Origin: Hypanus sabinus
Lineage: Eukaryota
DNA length: 64,000 nucleotides
Reading direction: 5' to 3'
NCBI RefSeq assembly: GCF_030144855.1
Contig: NC_082712.1
Span: forward strand, 9,734,001-9,798,000
Shown here: positions 24,801 to 36,800 of the stretch, piece by piece
Layout: each line of letters opens with the position of its first letter
How positions within the stretch are numbered: the stretch's first letter is position 1
The notes under the pieces: model-generated
Seen by the model: the letters and a program-made list of their open reading frames with translations, nothing else
Told to the model about the DNA's origin: nothing
The model's database searches: none
Program-made: the position numbers and the translations under genes

Positions 24801-27800
24801 AAATTTAGAAAAAATTAGAAGTGGTGTTTTTGAGACTTCTATTAAATTTGAAAAGTTATGGAGACCATTTATTCAACATTTTCATATGATGTAATATGAC
24901 CCTGTTCCAAGTTCATTTGATTTCCCAGCTTTTAGCTTATGTATGTTGAGAGGACCGGAAGTGACGGCATTGATGAATACTTATTCTTGTGAGATATTGT
25001 AAACAGCCCCTTTTTTTTTCTCTCTCTCTTTTTTTTGCTTCTTTTTTCTTCTATATTAGTTATTAGATTAGTAGATTAGCTAGTTTTGCATTATATATAT
25101 ATTCTTTTTAATATTTTTTCTTTCTTTTTTTCTGTTTTTTTATATCATATATTATGAAATATTTAGACTTACCATGTTCATACATATATTGTATGGCTTA
25201 TGTCTTGGTAAACTCATTTATATTGTAACTATTGTGTATGTTTTTTTTCATATGTAATGGAATTTGTATGTTTGTAATTTCTTTATCAATATATCATTTG
25301 TATTCTGTCCATATTACTAATAATAATAAAAAGATTTAGAAAGAAAAGAAAAGAAAGAAACTTGATGCAGGGTGCATCGCTCAGAGAAGATTGGTGTGGA
25401 TTGTGATGGTGCTGAGGGCCCTCAAAGGTGCAGTTTGAGCAGGCTCCAGACAATGACAGGGAAACCCTAACCATGGGTGTGGGAGCTAGAGAGCTGGGTG
25501 AGTGGGGAGTGTACAGGGTGACTAGAAGACAAAGCCAGCAAGGAGACAAATTAAATAATTGAGTCTGGAGGTAGCCATAGAGATAGATGGAGGTTTCAGG
25601 AGTAGTCTGCCTGGGTTACATGACAGTGGAGAGGACCCAGTGTAAGAGGGAGACTTTTAACTAGGTATACGTCCCATGGGATCAAGTTTGTTATACAGTG
25701 TTACACCACACAAGATATATGGTTAGTGGCCACTTTAATAGGTACACCTGCTCATTTATACAAACATCTAATCAGCCAATCATATGGCACTAACTCAACG
25801 AATAAAAGCATGCAGACATGGTCAAGAATTACAGTTGTTGTTCAGATCAAACATCAGAATGGGGAAGAAATGTGATGCAGATGGCTTTGACTGTGGAAAT
25901 GATTGTTGGTGCCAGACTGGGTGGTTTGAGAATCTCAGAAACTGATGATCTCCTGGGATTTCCACACACAACTGTCTCTAGAGTTCACAGAGAATGGTGT
26001 GAAAAACTAAGACATTCAGAGAGTTGCAGATCTGTGGGTGAAAATGCCTTGCTAATGAGAGAGGTCAGAGGAGAACGGCCAAACTGGTTCAAGCTGACAG
26101 GAAGGCAACAGTAACTCAGATAACCACACATTACAACAGTGGCGTGCTGAAGAGCTGAACAGGTACTTGCATGAACGGGCAGGTGTACAGGTGTACCTGG
26201 TGAACAGGTGAGCAGAATGTGATGTCAGAGGATTGGTTCACCATTATCCTCCCTGTTAATCCAATTGGAGACACAGTGGGGCCCCATCACACTGTTGGAA
26301 CGCTCTCTATAATTCCCACCCATACTGACCCCCAAGGTATTCTCCACAAAGTGTGTCCAGTTCTATTTGTGCATTGCTCCCAACATTCTGCCCCTCTGAT
26401 GATCCTGATTGCCAGATTGATTCCATTCCCATAAAGCCTGTTGAGTAGCAACTTTTCCATGGTAATTACTAATTTGGTATATTAATTTAACTTTAACAAC
26501 AGTTTGGTACACAACAGAGAAAGATTACGATTTTTGCTTCATACCTTTTGCGTGTTGAGTTAAACTCTGCTCTTCCTGGAAGAAGAAAGGAGAGATTGTA
26601 TTGTAAGTATCATCCTGCTGCTGATTACACATAGAAACATAGAAAACCTACAGCATAATACAGGCCCTATGGCCCTCAATACTGTGCCGAATATGTACTT
26701 ACTTTAGAAATTACCTAGCATTACCCATAGCCCTCTATTTTTCTAAGCTCCATGTACCTATCCAGCAGTCTCTTGAAAGACCCTATCGTATCTGCCTCCA
26801 GCACCGTCGCTGACAACCCATTCCACGCACTCACCACTCTCTATGTAAAAAACTTGCCCCTGACATGTCAATGTACCACATGGTCGCCATGGTGACTTAA
26901 TTTGGTTAATCAAATGTTCATAGTTGAAGAAAAGAAGATAAAGATTAGCCTTATTTGCCACGTGTGCATTGAAACATACAGTGAAATCACATCGTTTGTG
27001 TCAAAGACCAACAGTCTGTGGTTATACTGGGGTCAGCTGGCAAGTGTCACCATGCTTCCAACGCCAACATAGCATGCCCACAACTGACTCTAACCCATGC
27101 GTTGGCACAGCATGATAGCGTAGTTAGCGTAATGCTTTACTGCACTAGCTGGAGGATCATGGTTTTATTCCCACTGCTGTCTCTAAGGAGTTTGTATGAT
27201 CTCCCGGTGACCGTGTGGGTTTTCTCTGGGTGCTGTGGCTTCATCGCACAATTCACACACATCTGAGTTAGGGCTGGTGAATTGTGGGAATGCTATGCTG
27301 ACACCAGCAGCATGGTGACACCGTCTTCCAAACCTATTCTCTTGTTTTAATATATGCAGAGAGGTTCGGAGTTAATGACACTAATGGTTCTTTCTTTTTT
27401 GATGTTACAAAGAGCCCATGTTCTTTTCTTTCTCTTAGTTTTTGGTTAGTATTGTTTCGACCAGTTTTTTTTTGGGGGGCATATATTTTTTTTCTTTTTT
27501 GGATATATTAATCCTTTCTTCTATGTATACTGCATTTGTACTTGAACAATTTTGGGAGGTTTATTACTTTTGTATTAACTGAATATATATTTATATATGT
27601 TAACCATTAATAATATCATCCCAATAATTGTGTAGCAATATTATGTTATATCCATTATTTTGAAATTAATAAAAAGATTGAAAAAGAAAAGAAAGCGTGG
27701 TGACATCTGCGGGCTGCTCAACAGAATCTTCGTGTATTTGATTTGACACAAACAATGCGTTTCACTGTATGTTTCAAAGTCAAATCTTTTAACCTTTATC

Positions 27801-30800
27801 TTCGGACTATGGGAGGAAACTAGAGCACCCCGAGGAGACCCATACATTCATGGGGAGAACGTAGAAACTCCCCATGACAGCAGTGGGAATTGTCCAGGGT
27901 CGCTGATGCTGTAAAGCACTGTGCTAACAGCAATTTTACTGTGCTACCCACATGTTTGGCCAGACATACAATACTGTGCAGGTCTCCATTGTGGACTGAG
28001 AGTGGGAAGGGGACAGGAACAGGGGAATCATGGTTGGGAAAAGGGGAAGGGAGAGGGGAGGGAGCGGGAAGCACCAGAGAGACATTCTGTTATGATCAAT
28101 AAGCCAATTGTCTGGAATCAAATGACCCTGGCTCATGACTCAGGACTGGAGGTGTCTGAGCCCGCTCCAGCCTCCACCCCGGTACTCTGTCTCTCATTCC
28201 TTCTGCAGCATTCCACCCTCATCATTCCCAACATTCTGTGCTCCCGCCACACTGGAATAGTATCCTTCAGGAAATAACTTACTTCACTGCACCCAAAGCC
28301 CCTGCACCATCAGGACAGAACCAATCAGAAGTCTGATGGGACAGTTTCCTCTTGGCTGAGGAATGCAGTGTCAAGAGGACCGAAGAAGCTTGTGATCCAG
28401 CCAGGACGTAGCAGCTCACTGTCCACAATTTACCCTATCCACTACCCCCGACACTAAAGCACACCCTTTGCCCCTCCCTCCCTTTTCTGCCACACCAACT
28501 CATTCTTCCGAGGTACTTGATGCAGAGGGCGGTGAATCTGTGCAATTCTTTGCCTCAAGGGGTGGTGGAGGCTGGTTCACTGAAAGTACTTAAAGCGGTG
28601 GTGGATGATTTTTCCATTTTTATTTATTGAGATACAACACGGAACAGGCCCTTCCAACCCTTGGAACCATGCCGCTCAGCAGTCCTGATTTAACCTTGGC
28701 CTAATCACGGGACAATTTACAAGACCACTGAACCTACCAACTGGTAGGTCTTTGGACTGTGGGAGGAAATTGGAACACCTGGAAGAAACCCATGTGATCA
28801 CGGGGAGAATGTACCAACTGCTTACAGGCAGCAGTGGGAATTGAACCCGGGTCATCGGTACTATAAAACTCTGCACTAATCACCATGTCACCGTGCTGAT
28901 CGAGGACTAGAGGAATATGGAGAAGTGGCACAGAAAAGGACAGCTTAGCTCAGCTACAGTCAGATGAAATATTGGGGCCAAGTGGCCGAGTAGTGGGGAA
29001 GATGCTAGAGTCCATTATTAAAGATGAAATACTGGCATTTCTAGATAGCAGTGATAGGATTGGGCCCAGCCAGCATGAATTTACCAAGGGCAAATCATGC
29101 TCGACTAATCTATTGGAGTTTTTCGAGGATGTAACCAGGAAGTTAGATGGGGGAGATCCAGTGGATGTAGTGTACCTTGATTTTCAGAAGGCGTTTGATA
29201 AGGTCCCACATAGGAGATTGGTGGGTAAAATCAAAGCTCAGGGCATCGGGGGGAAGACATTGACATGGATAGAAAACTGGTTGGCAGATAGAAAGCAAAG
29301 GGTAGCAGTGAATGGGTATTTCTCGGAATGGCAGGTGGTGACTAGTGGGGTGCCACAGGGCTCAGTATTGGGACCACAGCTGTTTACGATTTACATCAAC
29401 GATTGAGATGAAGGCATTGAGAATAACATCAGCAAGTTTGCTGATACTAAGCTGGGTGGCAGTGTGACATGTGATGAGGATGTTAGGAGAATTCAGGGTG
29501 ACTTGGATAGGCTGGGTGAGTGGGCAGATACTTGGCAGATGACGTTTAATGTGAATAAGTGTGAGGTTATCCACTTTGGGAGTAAGAACAGGAAGGCAGA
29601 TTATTATCTGAATGGTGTAGAGTTAGGTAAGGGAGAAATACAAAGAGATCTAGGAGTCCTTGTTCATCAGTCACTTAAGATGAATGAGCAAGTGCAGCAG
29701 GCAGTGAAGGAGGCTAATGGAATGTTGGCCTTTATTACAAAGGGAATTGGGTACAAGAGCAAGGACATCCTTTTGCATTTGTACAGGGCCCTGGTGAGAC
29801 CACACCTGGAGTATTGTGCAGTTTTGGTCTCCAGGGTTAAGGAAGGACATTCTGGCTATAGAAGAAGTGCAGCGTAGATTCACGAGGTTAATTCCTGGGA
29901 TGTCTGGACTGTCTTACGCAGAGAGGTTAGAGAGACTGGGCTTGTATACCCTGGAATTAAGGAGATTGAGAGGGGATCTGACTGCAACATATAAGATTAT
30001 TAAGGGATTGGACAAGATAGAGGCAGGAAATATGTTCCAGATGCTGGGAGAGTCCAGTACCAGAGGGCATGGTTTGAGAATAAGGGGTAGGTCATTTAGG
30101 ACAGTGTTAAGGAAAAGCTTCTTCTCCCAGAGAGTTGTGGGGGTCTGGAATGCACTGCCTCAGAAGGCAGTGGAGGCCAATTCTCCAGATGCTTTCAAGA
30201 AGAAGCTAGGTAACTATCTTATGGATAGGGGAGTCAAGGGATATGGGGACAAGGCAGGAACCGGGTATTGATAGTAGATGATCAGCCATGATCTCAGAAT
30301 GGCAGTGCAGGCTCGAAGGGCCGAATGGTCTACTTCTGCACCTATTGACACTGACTCTTCTGTTTCTAGTGTGCTTTCCCCTTGCTCCTGAACTCTCTCC
30401 ACCACTCTTCATCCTCTCTCCCCCTCTTTCCTCTCTGGGTCTCCTATTTCCCAATGACCACGTGACTTATTTCCTCCCTCCGATTTCCTTGGTTAGAGGG
30501 TGGTGAATCTGTGGAATTCGTTGTCACAGATGGCTGTGGAGGCCAAGTCACTGGGTATATTGGGAGGTTGATAGGTTCTTGATTAATCAGGGCTTGTAGG
30601 GATACAGGGAGAAGGTAGGATATTGGGACTGAGAAGGAATTGGATCAGCCAAGATGAAATGACAAAGCAGGCTTGGTGGGCCAAATGGTCTAATTCTGCT
30701 CCCATATCTTATAGTCTTATGGTCAATTCATGCACTATCACCACACTCCCATTCATCCAACACAAATACCCCAACCCCATTGCCTATTCCCAGCCATTTC

Positions 30801-33800
30801 CAAGTCCTTTCCAACTCATCAGATTCCACCTGGGAATCTCCCTCCCATTTCCCACACCTAGGTTCCTTCCTCCTGGTCTTCACTTTGTCCATCATCCCTC
30901 CACACATCCCCACCCCCCCAGCCACCCCAGTCTATCCCTTCTACTTCTTCCTCTTCACTCCTTCACCTTGACTTCAATTACTCCTGTAACCTGGAGCCTC
31001 TCTTCCCTGCCCCCTCCCCATCCAGAAGCGTGCATCCACAGAACCCTCAGCATTGTCAGGGAGCCCTCCCATCTGTTTAACAGGCTCTTTGATCTACCAC
31101 CAGGCAGGTAGGAACAAGTATCGTTAAGCTGGGTAACAGGTTGTGAGACTTCTGCCACCCAGTACACATTTATCACAATGCCAGTAACACTAATACAGCT
31201 GTATACTTAACTATATGTTGTAAATGCACTTTATATCAACTATGAATTTTAAAATTATCTGTTAATATTATTCTATATGCTGTGTCTGACTGTATGGACT
31301 GTGTTTTGCACCTTGGTCCCTGAGGAACATTGTTTTCTTTGGCTGTATACATATGCATTGTTGAATGTCAATAAACTTGAACCTGAACCAACTCTTCTTT
31401 CTAAACCATATTCACCATCTAAAGTTTATCTTTGAAATAAATCCAATGCGAGCTGACCCTGGTGACGTTGTCAGCTCCGATCCCTGCCCCCCCGCAAAAA
31501 GTAACTCACCGCTCCTCCTCCTCAGCATCACTAAGGCAATAACAAGCACGATTACCACGAGGACACTTCCAACCAGAATTCCGATGATGTAAATGAGCCA
31601 CTGTGGCCGGTGTTGGCTCTCCACCATTTTGAGCAGATGGACGGACTGCATGGTGTTTCCTTGGTCGTTTACCGCCAGGCAGGTGTAATTTCCCGCCAGC
31701 TTTGGGTGATGTAGCTCTCCCAGGGTCTGATACTTTCCCGGTCCTGGTGTGACGGGAGTGTCTCTGCCGTCCACTGGAAGACTCTTGTTGTGGGGGTCGA
31801 TCCAAATGATGTTTGGGGAGGGTTGCCCCTCTGCCAGACATTCTATAGTAGAATAGGTGGCATTGATGACGTTAACATAAACACGGAGGATGATTGGGGC
31901 ACCTGAGAAAGGATGGACACAGGGTCAATGGAGGACAGTTTAATATTTAACTACATAAAATATTTAAATCATTGTTTACTTAACAATTTCTGTAGAACTG
32001 TTGTACTAACATGCCTCTGCTTTCTGGGGCTGCTGTGGAGAGCTGAACTGTGTACATCCATACTCACGTCATTCTACAGATGGGCAGTAGAGGGCATCCT
32101 AACATGCTGCATCACCACAGAAACTGCACCACGGCAGACAGGAAGGCTCCACAATGGTTAGATCAAAACTGCGTAACACATCACTGGCACCATCTGACCT
32201 GCTTATCAAGGACGTGTATACAGAAAGGTGCAGCAGGAGAAGGGCCAGTAACATCATGAAGGATCCCACCCACCCTGCTCATGGACTGTCTATCCCACTC
32301 CCAACAGGGAGGAGGTTACATAGCATCCACTCCAGAACCACCAGATTCAAAAACAAGTTACTTTCCCCAAGCAGTAAGGCTGATTAACATCTTCACCTAC
32401 TAACCCACCCCCATACTTTATCATCTCCTGTCAGAGTCACCTTATGTCCAGGCAGTCCAGTGCCTAGTGTAACTTTATGGGCATACAATCAATCTATGTA
32501 TATAAGCTGTCCTATGTATTTATATTTATCATGTTCTTTATTTTATTGTGTTTTATTGTGCTGCATCAGATCCGGAGGGACGATCATTATATTCCCCTTT
32601 ACACTTGTGAACAGGAAATGACATGAAACAGAAACGGAGATTCTGCAGATGCTGGAAATCTGAGCAACACACACAAAATGCTGGAGGAACTCAGCAGGCC
32701 AGGCAGCGTCTATGACCTAAAACAGTCTTGAATCTCGAATATTTAATTTTATGAATCTAATACAGGGGTAGAAAAATTGGATTGCATCTATTTTTATGTG
32801 CTAAAATATTGTTACTCTTTAAACTGAATTTACTTAAAAATAGTGATAGTGTTATAGACTACAGCACAGAAGCAGGTCATCCGGCCCATTTAGTCCATGC
32901 TGAAACCATTGACCTGGACTGGGACTTTCACATTCCATAACCATAACCATAAACATACCTATCTAAACATCTCTTAAACGCTGAAATCGAGCTCGCATGC
33001 ACCACTTGTGCTGGCAGCTCATTCCACGCTCTCATTACCCTCTCAGTGGAAGAAATTTCCCCTCTTGTTTCCCTTAAACTTCTCACTCTTCACCTTCCCA
33101 TGACCTTGGGCTGTAGCACCCCCCAAGCTCAGTAGAAAAGGCATCTACCCTAGCCCTCATAATTCTGTGCACCTCTATCAAATCGCCTCTCAATCTTCTA
33201 CATTGCAAGGAATACAATCCTAACCTATTATAACTCAGGTCCACTCGGGTCCTCCAGACCTAACAACATCCTTGTAAATTTTCTCTGTACTCTTAGAACC
33301 TTATTTACATCTTTCCTGTAGGCAGGTAACCAAAACTGCACACAATACTCCAAATTAGGCCTCAACTATGTCTTGTACAACTTCAGCGTAACATCCCAAC
33401 TCCTGTACTCAATACATTGATTTATGAAGGCCAATGTGCCAAAAGCTTTCTTTCCGAGCCTATCTACCCATGAAATTCACCACTTTCAATGAATTATGGA
33501 CCTGTATTCCCAGATCCCTTTGTTCTACCACACTCCTCAGTGCCCTACCGTTCACTTTGTAGGATCTACCATGGTTTAGGGTAAACATGGATTACCCTGA
33601 TGTAGGGTAAAAGTAGTTGTGAAATTATAACCCCGTTGAATTGGTTCACAATATGCATGTTCACTGCCATGAGTCTTGTTGCATCATTACACTGATGGAT
33701 ATCTATAAGATTTAAAGAGTACGAAGGAAATTAAAATAATATTGCCATGACTTGAGGGTCTGAGTTATAGGGAAAGGTTAAATAGGTTGGGACTTTGAGA

Positions 33801-36800
33801 TTGAATAGAAATATACAAGATTATGAGGGGTATAGATAGGGAGAATGCAAATAGGTAAATGCAACTGAGGTTGGGTGGGACTAAAACTAAAGGTTAAAAG
33901 TGAAAGGTGAGATATTTAAGGGGAACATGCAGGTAACTTCTTCACTCAGAGGGTAGTGAGAGTGTGGAACATGTGGCCAGTGGATGTACTTTTGATTTTA
34001 ACATTTAAGTGAAGTTTGGATAAGTATGTAGGTGGGAGGGATATGAAGGACTTTGTAATATTTAAATACATAAAATACTTACAGACCCGTTGACTCTGCT
34101 TTTCTTAGTTATGTGTCTAGACTGAAGGTTGTAAGAGAAAAGAGGGTGGAGACCAGTACCACTACGTTTTGGGGAAGACTGATGTTAGAGAAGGGATCTT
34201 TTTTGTGCAAAAGGGGAATGTTCTCTTAAGCTGAGTCACAACTAAGGACAAGAATGGAGAGGGAGAGAGGGAGGGACAGGGTGAGGGGAGAGAAACAGAA
34301 AAGGTTTCATGAAACATTGTCAGATATCCGACATTGCAGAGATCAGTTTATTACGTGTATGATTACTATTGTGTTGTTTTCTGTTCTACTCTCTCATTAA
34401 TCCTAAACATGAGGGATTCTGCAGATGCTGGAAATCAGAGGCAACAGACACAAATTGATGGAGGAACTCAAGAGGTCAAGCAACATCTACTGAATGGAAA
34501 AAACAGTCGACGTTTCAGGCTGAGACCGTTTATCAGGATTGGAACGGAAGGGGGAGGAATAAGAATGTGGAGAGAGGGGAAGAAGTACAAGCCGTCAGGG
34601 GATAGGTGAGACCAGTGAGGGGGAAGGTGTGTGGGTGGTGGAGGGGTGAAGTGAGACAGTGGGAGGTGATAGGTGAGACCAGGAGAGGGGAAGGTAGGTG
34701 GGTGGGGGAGGGGTGAAGTGAGACAGTGGGAGGTGATAGGTGAGACCAGTGAGGGGGAAGGTGTGTGGGTGGTGGAGGGGTGAAGTGAGACAGTGGGAGG
34801 TGATAGGTGAGACCAGGAGAGGGGAAGGTAGGTGGGTGGGGGAGGGGTGAAGTGAGACAGTGGGAGGTGATAGGTGAGACCAGTGAGGGGGAAGGTGGGT
34901 GGGTGGGGGAGGGGTGAAGTGAGACAGTGGGAGGGGATAGGTGAGACCAGGAGAGGGGAAGGTGGTTGGGTGGGGGAGGGCATGATGAAGTGAGAGGCTG
35001 GGAGAGGATAGGTGAGACCAGGTGAGGGGGAAGGTGTGTGGGTGGGGGAGAGGGAGGATGAAGTGAGACAGTGGGAGGTGATAGATGAGACCAGTGAGGG
35101 GGAAGGTGGGTGGGTGGGGGAGGGGTGAAGTGAGTCAGTGGGAGGTGATAGGTGAGACCAGGTGAGGGGGAAGGTAGGTGGGTGGGGGAGAGGGAGAATG
35201 AAGTGAGACAGTGGGAGATGATAGGTGAGACCAGTGAGGGGGAAGGTGGGTGGGTGGGGGAGAGGGAGGATGAAGTGAGACAGTGGGAGGGGATAGGTGA
35301 GACCAGGAGAGGGGAAGGTGGTTGGGTGGGGGAGGGCATGATGAAGTGAGAGGCTGGGAGAGGATAGATGGAAATAGTAAAGGGCTGGAGAGGAAGGAAT
35401 CTGATAGAAGAGGAGAGTGACCATGGCCCAAAAGGAAGGAGGATGGGGATCTCAGCAGGAAAGTGGACAATGGAAGGAAAGGAAGGATGTAATGAGCTCA
35501 TCAGAAGCTGACACTTTTGCAGATGCTGCATTCAACTAATGCTGGGAGCGTGGAACACCAAGGGCCCAAAGTATCGTTGACGGTCCCTACCACCCATCCT
35601 ACAATCTCTTTGACCCACCATCATCGGGAGCATCAGGACTAGCACTACCAGAGTGGGTAACAGCTGCTTCCCCTCAGCTATGACACTAATGAATACCCTG
35701 TCACCACTAAGGCCTCATCACGAGGGCCGCGAGCTATTTACTGTTTACCTGTGCTGTGCACCACATGCATTTTCAATTCTATTTTATTAACTTATTTGTG
35801 GTAGTATTTTGTTTTATGTGCTGTGTGTGATATATGTATTGTGGGAACACCATGTCCAAAGCAATGTTCTTTCGTTTGATTGTGCATATGTACAATCAAG
35901 TGGCAATAGACTTGAACTGACAGAGTGGATGTTAACTTGGTTCTCCCCAAGTTTCCAGGGCAGCACCTATTCCTCATCACTTAGGAAAAACATAATCTAC
36001 TCAATGACTCGTTTCTAAACTGGTAAACTTCAATCGGTGTTCGCTGGTGCTATAATGATGTTATGCTAACCCTATGTTACCGTGCTGACCTGTACCAAGG
36101 TACAGTGAAAACTTTAGTTTGCATACCGTCCATACAGATCATCAGTGCATTGAGGTTGAACAAGTTAAACAAATAAAGTGTCACAGTTACAGAGAAAGTG
36201 CAGTGCAGGCAAACCACAAGGTCAAGAGTCCAACTATCATTCAATAATTGTATAATATTTCACAAACCTTTCCATGTACAAAAGATAGGGTGAATGCACA
36301 CAGTTTCTTTTTCTCTGCCCTCAGCGCTGGGGAATCAAGAACTACAGGGCATTAGTTTAAGGTGAAAGGGAAGAGATCTAATAGAAACCTGAAGGACATC
36401 TTGTTCACCAGGATGGTGGTCAGTATGTAGAATGAGCTGCCAAGGTGGTTACATTAACAACATTTAAAAGATACTTGGACAAATACATGGTTAGGAAAGG
36501 TTTAGAGAGACACGGGTTAAATTCAGACAAATGGGATGAGATAGTCAGCACAGACTGGTTGGGCTGAAGGGCCGGTTTCTGTGCCGTATGACTCTATGAC
36601 ACATTGGCTGCTTGATTTCCCAGTACTGGAAACCTCAGCTCTGACACACCCCTCAGGCAAGTGTTCTCACACAGAGAGAATGGGGGATCCCACAAGTTGG
36701 GGCCAGGACCACTGGAGCCCCACACCACCCCTCCGCATGCACACAGACACAGACACACCCTATCCACTCTCACCGACTGGATACGGTATCAGGAGGAGGC

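Noticed and set aside
23956-24894. 312-aa ORF as a host gene
   Set aside because: It is the C-terminus of L1 ORF2, followed by an L1 UTR and tail.
34468-35531. Long Pro/His/Ser-rich ORFs (318 and 332 aa)
   Set aside because: They are translations of the stop-poor minisatellite in overlapping frames, with no splice or domain evidence.
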